A DNA stretch of 64,000 nt from an uncultured virus (IMG/VR IMGVR_UViG_3300002835_000135) (Duplodnaviria > Heunggongvirae > Uroviricota > Caudoviricetes). Location of the stretch: the IMG/VR virus record IMGVR_UViG_3300002835_000135; one strand, written 5' to 3'. A program made the position numbers and the translations under genes. The first letter of the stretch is position 1. Every line of letters begins with the position of its first letter. Of this stretch, positions 19,869 through 26,085 are shown in pieces. Below the pieces are notes generated by a model. The model was given only the letters and a program-made list of their open reading frames with translations, was not told where the DNA came from and ran no database searches.

Positions 19869-19960
19869 AACACCGCCAAAGTCGGAAGTAAAACACCGCC
19901 AAAGTCGGAAGTAAAACACCGCCAAAGTCGGAAGTAAAACACCGCCAAAGTCGGAAGTAA
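19869..19960. repeat. Perfect tandem repeat, 4 x 23 bp
   Basis: AACACCGCCAAAGTCGGAAGTAA x4, no spacers. Confidence 0.95.
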
Positions 19961-19963
19961 TTA

Positions 19964-20034
19964 GTCAGGTTGGCCGAGTGGCTAGGCAGAGGTCTGCAAA
20001 ACCTCGTACATTGGTTCGAATCCAATACCTGACT
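19964..20034 (+). tRNA. tRNA-Cys(GCA)
   Basis: Cloverleaf, CT-GCA-AA, U73. Confidence 0.92.
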
Positions 20035-20036
20035 CT

Positions 20037-20113
20037 GTGATTGATGCTCGTATGGTAGAGCACTAGCTTGTGGCGCTAGAATAAAGCGAGTTCGAATCTC
20101 GTCAATCACCCCA
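20037..20113 (+). tRNA. tRNA-His(GUG)
   Basis: TT-GTG-GC loop, C73, encoded CCA. Confidence 0.88.
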
Positions 20114-20116
20114 TAT

Positions 20117-20184
20117 TGCGGGGAGAATGGTTTCCCACCGGTCTCATAAGCCGAGTGTTCCAGGTTCGACTCCTGGCCCCGCAA
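20117..20184 (+). tRNA. tRNA-Met(CAU) with shortened D arm
   Basis: TGCGGGG/CCCCGCA acceptor, CT-CAT-AA, GTTCGA. Confidence 0.75.
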
Positions 20185-20195
20185 CAAAAATGTAT

Positions 20196-20226
20196 TTTGA
20201 ATTTTAAAAAATTTAATTTATATTTG
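20196..20226 (+). promoter_or_regulatory. Bacteroidota-type promoter inside array 1
   Basis: TTTG-N19-TATATTTG. Confidence 0.6.
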
Positions 20227-20227
20227 T

Positions 20228-20416
20228 ATAACAGGTGACGACGGTGGTGAAACCCCACTGTCTATAAATCTCAACACCCGCCTTGATTCGCGGTATTATA
20301 GCGGTGAGAGTAGAGTTACTACAAGTCGGGAATAATTACCCCAATGACGAAAGTGTAGCCACCAACGTAGGGATATGTTGGTTATGATGTACGAATGGGT
20401 GCGAAAAACTTGTTAT
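20228..20416 (+). ncRNA. Unassigned structured RNA (~190 nt)
   Basis: Closing stem ATAACAGGT/ACTTGTTAT with several internal hairpins; no ORF. Confidence 0.5.
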
Positions 20417-20422
20417 TTTTTT

Positions 20423-20499
20423 TTGATACTAACTCAACGAGGACTTTGTCAACCAGAGCTATGACTCGGATGGTGCAACTTAAGGTGAGTTAGAATCAA
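20423..20499 (+). ncRNA. Unassigned structured RNA (~75 nt)
   Basis: Closing stem TTGATACTAACTCA/TGAGTTAGAATCAA. Confidence 0.4.
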
Positions 20500-20503
20500 T
20501 TTT

Positions 20504-20577
20504 GGATTGTTGGTGAAGTTGGTTATCATGCTACCCTGTCACGGTAGAGTTCACGGGTTCGAGTCCCGTACAGTCCG
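20504..20577 (+). tRNA. tRNA-Asp(GUC)
   Basis: Cloverleaf, CT-GTC-AC, G73. Confidence 0.92.
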
Positions 20578-20580
20578 CAA

Positions 20581-20671
20581 ATCATATCTTCAGGTACCCA
20601 TACAGCGGTGAGATGGGCTAAGTTAGATACAATTCCTCGGAGCTGGGAGTAGAATGTCTGTTTGATGTGAT
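20581..20671 (+). ncRNA. Unassigned structured RNA (~90 nt)
   Basis: Closing stem ATCATATC/GATGTGAT with two internal hairpins. Confidence 0.4.
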
Positions 20672-20676
20672 AATTT

Positions 20677-20762
20677 GGAGAGATGGCAGAGTTGGTCTAT
20701 CGCGTCGGTCTTGAAAACCGAAGTTCTGAAAGGAACCGTGGGTTCGAATCCTACTCTCTCCG
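20677..20762 (+). tRNA. tRNA-Ser(UGA)
   Basis: Long variable arm, CT-TGA-AA, G73. Confidence 0.93.
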
Positions 20763-20963
20763 CACGATTCGTTTAGTCGTCGAATAATATGCCCAATATG
20801 ATGAGAAACGGTTTGACAACCGTATGGGAACGTACATAGACGTATAGGAATAACGTCTGGGTTTATCAGCCCGACCTCGTGAGGACGAAATGATTATTCC
20901 TAACCTGACATTTGTCGGGGACAACTAAGGCACCTGTAAGCTGGATAAATTATGGTGTCACTT

Positions 20964-21035
20964 GCTCAGTTCGACTAAGGGTTAGGTCACCTCCCTTTCA
21001 CGGAGGTAATACGGGTTCGAATCCCGTACTGAGTA
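20964..21035 (+). tRNA. tRNA-Glu(UUC)
   Basis: Cloverleaf, CT-TTC-AC. Confidence 0.9.
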
Positions 21036-21113
21036 CAATCTTTTTATATATTAAACTATTGATTCCCAATATTTTATTTTGTATTTTTACCATATTATTA
21101 ATATTTATAATAT

Positions 21114-21416
21114 ATGATAGATAAAATCACATTATCGTTAATGTTATTTTTTAACACATTAACATCCTCTATCGACCCAAGTTTTTCCGACGAAAGAAAG
21201 ACCTACAATCAAATTAAAAAAGAGATTAAAGCTCTTGAAAGAAAAATTGAATGGGTTGAAGCAACAGATGATAATTACGCTAGCAGGGCCGTCAAAACCA
21301 AAGAAATCACGGACGAGATTACCAAATTGAATGGTAAAATTGTAAAGATTGAGAAGGTTGTTATTTTAAAAGATAAGTGGGCTAAGGAAGATTCCTTAAC
21401 CAAATCAAAAAAATGA
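21114..21416 (+). CDS. Hypothetical coiled-coil protein with N-terminal hydrophobic segment
   Basis: 100-aa ORF after TATTTATA. Confidence 0.6.
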   Translation: MIDKITLSLMLFFNTLTSSIDPSFSDERKTYNQIKKEIKALERKIEWVEATDDNYASRAVKTKEITDEITKLNGKIVKIEKVVILKDKWAKEDSLTKSKK

Positions 21417-21862
21417 AAAAAATTATTTTAATGCTAACGTTACTTTTGGGAGTGGAAGTCGTGGCAAATGGACAAGAGTGGTTTATAACCGCCACTCGAA
21501 AAGGTGGTCCATCAGATGGTTATATAACAGGTGCTTTTATGAAGAAAGGTTGGGGATTCTATGCTGGTCTTCCATATGGCGAATTGGGTGGTCAAAACGG
21601 TGGAATTGTAATTCCCCCTGGTGTCAACACCAAAACAGGAAACGTATCCGATAACATGAAGTTTGGTGTTCTTAGACAAGTAAAAGAGGACAAAGCGATT
21701 GTTGGGTTTGGATTACAACCAACACTTAATGGAAATAAACCTAATTTTCTTATAATGTACAATCCACTTAGACCAAGTAGTGTTATAAATCTATGGACAA
21801 TTGGAAATATAATTGGTGATGATTTCACATTAGGGCTTGGATTATCATATAAAGTGAAATAA
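21413..21862 (+). CDS. Secreted small beta-barrel-like protein
   Basis: Signal peptide; GLGLSYKVK end. Confidence 0.55.
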   Translation: MKKIILMLTLLLGVEVVANGQEWFITATRKGGPSDGYITGAFMKKGWGFYAGLPYGELGGQNGGIVIPPGVNTKTGNVSDNMKFGVLRQVKEDKAIVGFGLQPTLNGNKPNFLIMYNPLRPSSVINLWTIGNIIGDDFTLGLGLSYKVK

Positions 21863-21887
21863 TTTTATTAACTATTGATAATTTTAA

Positions 21888-21895
21888 TATATTTG
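21888..21895 (+). promoter_or_regulatory. Bacteroidota-type -7 promoter element upstream of leader 2
   Basis: TATATTTG. Confidence 0.6.
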
Positions 21896-21913
21896 CATAT
21901 ACTTATTAAAACG

Positions 21914-22021
21914 ATGAAGAATATAAATAACATATCAACGAGTACGAGACCCCTTAATAATGGTAATGGGTATGGTGTGCAACCGTTATGTTACATATGT
22001 TCGGATATCAATAAAGGATAA
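21914..22021 (+). CDS. Leader peptide 2 (35 aa), putative attenuator of tRNA array 2
   Basis: MKNINNISTSTRPLNNGNGYGVQPLCYICSDINKG; codons match array-2 tRNAs; followed by a terminator. Confidence 0.8.
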   Translation: MKNINNISTSTRPLNNGNGYGVQPLCYICSDINKG

Positions 22022-22044
22022 ATAAATTTTTTAAACTAATATCG

Positions 22045-22077
22045 AGACCCGAACAACTAAAAATGTTCGGGTTTTTT
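22045..22077 (+). terminator. Intrinsic terminator between leader 2 and tRNA array 2
   Basis: AGACCCGAACA-actaaaaa-TGTTCGGGTTT + T run. Confidence 0.88.
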
Positions 22078-22097
22078 GTTTTACAATTTATTATCTT

Positions 22098-22123
22098 TAT
22101 ATTTGAAAAGGAGTTCTTTGACA
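22098..22123 (+). promoter_or_regulatory. Possible -7 promoter element plus boxA-like antitermination site
   Basis: TATATTTG then GTTCTTTGACA. Confidence 0.5.
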
Positions 22124-22138
22124 TATTGAGAAAGAAAT

Positions 22139-22223
22139 GCTCGAGTGGTGTAATGGTAGCCACGAGGGACTTAAAATCCCTTGGACAGAAACGTCCGTGC
22201 CGGTTCGAGTCCGGCCTCGAGTA
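22139..22223 (+). tRNA. tRNA-Leu(UAA)
   Basis: Long variable arm, CT-TAA-AA. Confidence 0.93.
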
Positions 22224-22224
22224 C

Positions 22225-22334
22225 AATGTAATGACCTAGTAATAGGTGACGGAACAGACGCTATGTATGAAATGGAAACTTTTGAAGCGCGTACAAAGGT
22301 GCTGATTAGATACAAACCGTACAGACATTACATT
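22225..22334 (+). ncRNA. Unassigned structured RNA (~110 nt)
   Basis: Closing stem AATGTAATG/CATTACATT; internal ACCTA-gtaa-TAGGT hairpin. Confidence 0.45.
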
Positions 22335-22339
22335 AAATT

Positions 22340-22413
22340 GGTTCCATAGCTCAATTGGATAGAGCACAATCCTTCTAAGATTGGGGTTTCAGGTTCGATC
22401 CCTGATGGGATCA
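22340..22413 (+). tRNA. tRNA-Arg(UCU)
   Basis: Cloverleaf, CT-TCT-AA. Confidence 0.92.
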
Positions 22414-22421
22414 CAATAAAT

Positions 22422-22496
22422 AGGGTAATGGACTAATGGCTAAGTCACTTGCTTTGGGAGCAAGGCATCATGGAGGTTCGAGTCCTCTTTACCCTA
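22422..22496 (+). tRNA. tRNA-Pro(UGG)
   Basis: Cloverleaf, TT-TGG-GA. Confidence 0.9.
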
Positions 22497-22501
22497 CAAT
22501 C

Positions 22502-22574
22502 GCTTTCTTAGCTCAGTTGGTAGAGCACATCACTGTTAATGATGGAGTCGGGGGATCGTGACCCTCAGGGAGCG
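22502..22574 (+). tRNA. tRNA-Asn(GUU)
   Basis: Cloverleaf, CT-GTT-AA; variant T loop GATCG. Confidence 0.85.
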
Positions 22575-22581
22575 CAATAAT

Positions 22582-22662
22582 GGCCGAGTGGTGTAATGGG
22601 AGCCACGCTAGTTTTAGGCACTAGTGTCGAAAGACGTGAGAGTTCGAATCTCTCCTTGGTCA
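22582..22662 (+). tRNA. tRNA-Leu(UAG)
   Basis: Variable arm, TT-TAG-GC. Confidence 0.92.
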
Positions 22663-22667
22663 CATAT

Positions 22668-22748
22668 TGGGATATCGCATAGTGGCAATTGCGGCTGACT
22701 GTAAATCAGCTCTCTTTGAGTTCGGCGGTTCGAGTCCGTCTATCCCAA
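22668..22748 (+). tRNA. tRNA-Tyr(GUA)
   Basis: Variable arm, CT-GTA-AA. Confidence 0.92.
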
Positions 22749-22872
22749 CATAAAAATATGAATAGAGAACAATATTTACAAGAAACTTTTCCAACTAAAG
22801 ACGGAAAAACTTACATCCAATCATTAGATGAATTTAATTCAAAAAAAGAGGAAGATGTAAAAGAAGATACAT

Positions 22873-22986
22873 GCCGGAGTGGCGGAATAAACAACGATGC
22901 TGACGAGTAATGTTGAGACGTGTCGCATTCTAGAAGATGAGTACTCCGAAAGGACCTCGTGGAGGTAATCAATCCTTTCTCCGGCA
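22873..22986 (+). ncRNA. Enlarged tRNA-Leu-like RNA with D-loop hairpin insert and broken anticodon arm
   Basis: GCCGGAG/CTCCGGC-A acceptor, TGGCGGAA..AGACG D arm, variable hairpin, non-canonical T loop. Confidence 0.6.
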
Positions 22987-23041
22987 CCTATTAATCGTCA
23001 ATATAGACGATAACAGATTTTATCGTTAGATTAAACGATAT

Positions 23042-23115
23042 GGACTTATAGCTCAGATGGTTAGAGCAGGTCGCTCATAACGACAAGGTCACAGGTTCGA
23101 ATCCTGTTTGGTCCA
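23042..23115 (+). tRNA. tRNA-Ile2(CAU), lysidine type reading AUA
   Basis: CT-CAT-AA; GGACTTA-TAGCTCAG...GGTCC-A body resembles bacterial Ile2 rather than Met. Confidence 0.75.
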
Positions 23116-23120
23116 CACAT

Positions 23121-23193
23121 AGAAGATTAGCTCAGTTGGGAGAGCGCTTGTTTTACATGCAAGATGTCACTGGTTCGATTCCGGTATCTTCTA
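23121..23193 (+). tRNA. tRNA-Val(UAC)
   Basis: Cloverleaf, TT-TAC-AT. Confidence 0.9.
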
Positions 23194-23199
23194 CAATAA

Positions 23200-23271
23200 G
23201 CTCCTAAAGCATTGCAGGCGATGCGCATGACTTGTAATCATGATAACTTGGTTCGATTCCGAGTGGGAGCT
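23200..23271 (+). tRNA. tRNA-Thr(UGU)
   Basis: Cloverleaf, CT-TGT-AA. Confidence 0.88.
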
Positions 23272-23325
23272 CATGGGACTCCGATGGAAGTCCGCAAGAA
23301 GAATAGATGTTTTTCATCCATCAAA

Positions 23326-23398
23326 GCGAGTATAGTATAATGGCTTATTATGCCTTCCTTCCAAGTAGGATATGTCAGTTCGATTCTGACTACTCGCT
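23326..23398 (+). tRNA. tRNA-Gly(UCC)
   Basis: Cloverleaf, CT-TCC-AA, U73. Confidence 0.9.
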
Positions 23399-23461
23399 CA
23401 ATCATCAAAGAGACCGCTAAATCGAGTTAGTGAAAATCTACATTCTCAATGATGATTAAAT

Positions 23462-23532
23462 TGTCCTTTGGTGTAACGGTAGCACAACTGTTTTTGGTGC
23501 AGTTTGTTTAGGTTCGAATCCTAGAGGGACAA
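23462..23532 (+). tRNA. tRNA-Gln(UUG)
   Basis: U1:A72, TT-TTG-GT. Confidence 0.9.
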
Positions 23533-23536
23533 CAAT

Positions 23537-23622
23537 GGAGAGTTACCCAAGTTGGTGAAGGGGGCAGTTTGCTAAACTGTTAGGTCGTTTGCGGCGCAAG
23601 GGTTCGAGTCCCTTACTCTCCG
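23537..23622 (+). tRNA. tRNA-Ser(GCU)
   Basis: Long variable arm, TT-GCT-AA, G73. Confidence 0.92.
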
Positions 23623-23637
23623 CAGTAAAAGTACCCT

Positions 23638-24237
23638 ATGAAACACACAAAAAATGAAATGATTTTTCTTAATCATGTAAAGACATCATGTAAAATCTAT
23701 GGAATTAAATGTCTATTAAAAAAAACAAAAACAGTTAAAATGGACGACAACGTTAAATGTTCTGGTTATTTTGATGAAACTGGAAAAGTATTAGTTGTTG
23801 CAATGAATCGACCAGATTGGGTTGAAATTTTAGCGCATGAATATTCGCATTTAACTCAATGGGTTGAAAAAATACCAGTATGGTTAGACGCGGAAAACTC
23901 ATTAGGTAAGGTATGGGAATGGTTAGATGGTAAAAACGTTAGAAACATTGATACGCACATAGCGGTAGCGCGTGATTTAGAATTAGATAACGAAAAAAGG
24001 TCCGTAAAAGTCATTAAGAAATTTAATTTAAAAGTGGATCTTGAAAATTACGTGAGAAAAGCGAACGCGTATGTAATGTTTTACAATTGGCTTAGAAAAA
24101 CCAGAAAATGGTCAAGACCCAATAATAGCCCATATAAAAATAAAAATGTTAAATCTGCGATGTCGACAAAATTCAATATGAATTATAAAACGTTATCGCC
24201 TAGATTAGAAAAAATATTTAGAGAAGAAGACATCTAA
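23638..24237 (+). CDS. HExxH zinc metallopeptidase-like protein
   Basis: LAHEYSH, downstream ELDNE. Confidence 0.65.
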   Translation: MKHTKNEMIFLNHVKTSCKIYGIKCLLKKTKTVKMDDNVKCSGYFDETGKVLVVAMNRPDWVEILAHEYSHLTQWVEKIPVWLDAENSLGKVWEWLDGKNVRNIDTHIAVARDLELDNEKRSVKVIKKFNLKVDLENYVRKANAYVMFYNWLRKTRKWSRPNNSPYKNKNVKSAMSTKFNMNYKTLSPRLEKIFREEDI

Positions 24238-24243
24238 ATAAAT

Positions 24244-24414
24244 TGTCAGGTGTTGAAATTTGATTGGTACGCGTATCAATCTAGGCAGACAAGCGCTCCT
24301 GTCTCGAGCGTGGTGACAAAGAAATAGGTAATTAATATGGGGTAGACCACCAAGCCGGCCGGCAGATGTTAATTACTGAATCTCACCGTGGTGGTTCGAG
24401 TCCATCCCTGACAG
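24244..24414 (+). ncRNA. Giant (171 nt) tRNA-like RNA with expanded D loop and variable region
   Basis: TGTCAGG/CCTGACA-G acceptor; CGCTC-ctgtctc-GAGCG arm; GGTGG-TTCGAGT-CCATC T arm. Confidence 0.7.
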
Positions 24415-24444
24415 CTAAACAATAATTATAATAAATGAAATGAA

Positions 24445-24906
24445 ATGAAAAAATTTAGAACTCTCTATGGAACTCCAATTCCAGATGCTATTGAATACAT
24501 CAGAGAGTACATCTCAACAAGAGAGAATGTGGAAATTCTTATCGGTTCTGACTCACAATGTTACGGAAATAAAAAAACAATCTTTGGTGTTGTTGTTGCA
24601 TTATATACTAAAGGTAAAGGCGCTCACGTGTTATGTACGCGTGAAACATTACCTATGGAACATAACACACCTTCGCGTTTACTAGGTGAAGTTTGGAAAT
24701 CTTTAGAGATGGCTGAATTTTTAAAAGAAAATGGTTTACCTAAACCAACCTGGATTGATATAGACCTTAATCCAGACCCAAAATACAAATCAAACTCAGT
24801 TCTTAGACAAGCTGTTGGTATGGTTGAAGGTATGGGTTACAAGGTAAGGTATAAGCACGTTGGGGCATTAATGACTTATGCTGCAAATCATTTAGTTAGG
24901 TTATAG
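24445..24906 (+). CDS. RNase H-like YkuK (DUF458) family protein
   Basis: IGSDSQ, RL..EV.KS, IDIDLN, YAANH. Confidence 0.8.
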   Translation: MKKFRTLYGTPIPDAIEYIREYISTRENVEILIGSDSQCYGNKKTIFGVVVALYTKGKGAHVLCTRETLPMEHNTPSRLLGEVWKSLEMAEFLKENGLPKPTWIDIDLNPDPKYKSNSVLRQAVGMVEGMGYKVRYKHVGALMTYAANHLVRL

Positions 24907-24963
24907 TTTTTTTTTCGGATATTATTCATTATATTAGATAACAATTAAACATGGAGGTAAACT

Positions 24964-25185
24964 ATGAAATGTATTAAAGCAATCAAATCAACCAAAAACA
25001 CTGAGGTTGGTACTATGACAAGAATAAACGATGTTGATGCCGAATCTAAAGTTAAAACTGGATCATGGGCGTATATTCCAAAAACGGAATATAAATCGTG
25101 GAAAAATGGACAACCTAAAGCGGAAGTCACTAATGTTAGTCACGACATGGGCGGAAGCTATGAAGTGAAAAAACGTAAAAAATAA
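24964..25185 (+). CDS. Hypothetical protein
   Basis: 73-aa ORF. Confidence 0.6.
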   Translation: MKCIKAIKSTKNTEVGTMTRINDVDAESKVKTGSWAYIPKTEYKSWKNGQPKAEVTNVSHDMGGSYEVKKRKK

Positions 25186-25189
25186 TATT

Positions 25190-26011
25190 GTGTTAGGAAT
25201 ATATCTCCCAAAAAGAAATGTTGGGTTTATTATGACACATAGAAGTGGTTCGCGATTAATGCTTACCACTTTAAAATATTTCTTTGATATTATTAAAATG
25301 GAATATGAGTTTATCAATTATTATGATTTACTTAAATTTACCACAAAATATAAAAGAAGAAAATTTTTCATATTAACGCGCAATCCTATTGAAAGATTTG
25401 TTTCAGGGTATACTTGGTTGAAAAAAAATTTAGATAAAAGATATCTGGAATATTTTAAAACCTTTAATGTAAGGACAATTAGTGACTATGTAACAAATTA
25501 TGTTGAAATTTGTGACAAATTACCTGACGCACATTTCTTACCACAAACGCATGGTATATTAGGTCTAAACACTGAAGAAATTAATTTTGAAGGTTTCCAG
25601 GAGTTAAATTTTAGAAAAAGTTTTGATGAATTGTTTTACCATTACAAAATAATTCACGTTGAGGATATTGACTTGTTGGCAAAAAAAGATGAATTAGGTT
25701 CAACATCAAAGCACGTTGAAAATAGCGAGGGATTAATAAATTTGTATTGTAACGAAATGTTACATATCTTTGACGAGTTCTACGATTTAACTGATGAAGA
25801 AAAGATAACATTTAATTTTTCATACAACTATAGTAAACGATTATTAGATGGGTTTCATCACATTAATAAACGTGAAGAATTATCTGAAACCAATCTTTTG
25901 ACATTAAATGATATATTTAAAAAAGAATATCTTTTCTACGGATATGACATTAAAAAACCAAATATTGATGTTGTTAAACCGCCAGAAAAAATAAATTTAA
26001 GTTTAGTTTGA
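25190..26011 (+). CDS. Sulfotransferase family 2-like protein
   Basis: HRSGSR, RNPIERFVSGY, HFLPQ. Confidence 0.7.
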   Translation: MLGIYLPKRNVGFIMTHRSGSRLMLTTLKYFFDIIKMEYEFINYYDLLKFTTKYKRRKFFILTRNPIERFVSGYTWLKKNLDKRYLEYFKTFNVRTISDYVTNYVEICDKLPDAHFLPQTHGILGLNTEEINFEGFQELNFRKSFDELFYHYKIIHVEDIDLLAKKDELGSTSKHVENSEGLINLYCNEMLHIFDEFYDLTDEEKITFNFSYNYSKRLLDGFHHINKREELSETNLLTLNDIFKKEYLFYGYDIKKPNIDVVKPPEKINLSLV

Positions 26012-26042
26012 AAAAACACTTGATTTTTTGACAAACATTACT

Positions 26043-26075
26043 TATCTTTGCAAAAGAAATAAATTAGTTCTTTGA
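26043..26075 (+). promoter_or_regulatory. -7 promoter element and boxA-like site before the large ncRNA
   Basis: TATCTTTG (26043-50), GTTCTTTGA (26067-75). Confidence 0.55.
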
Positions 26076-26085
26076 TTTAAAAATA

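Noticed and set aside
19869..19960. CRISPR array
   Set aside because: Repeats are contiguous with no spacers, and no cas genes are in the window; the same applies to 42706-42797.
19837..20187. ORFs overlapping tRNA arrays and the large RNA (19837-20187, 20912-21124, 22008-22349, 26343-26567, 29132-29338)
   Set aside because: Shadow ORFs across RNA genes with no protein-like features.
20240..20262. RNase P RNA (GGTGAAACCCCAC resembles a conserved segment)
   Set aside because: The universal GAGGAAAGUCC and 3' P4 motifs are absent and the region is too short.
20631..20650. HDV-like theta ribozyme downstream of a tRNA (TTCCTCG)
   Set aside because: Could not build the nested double pseudoknot; it folds better as a simple hairpin.
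20795..20895. Hammerhead ribozyme (TGATGAG ... GTGAGGACGAAA)
   Set aside because: No CUGANGA directly before stem II; the two half-motifs do not form the conserved core.
22873..22986. Amber suppressor tRNA(CUA) and stop-codon recoding
   Set aside because: CTA is not centred in a paired anticodon arm, and long ORFs are intact under code 11 with TAG used as a normal stop.
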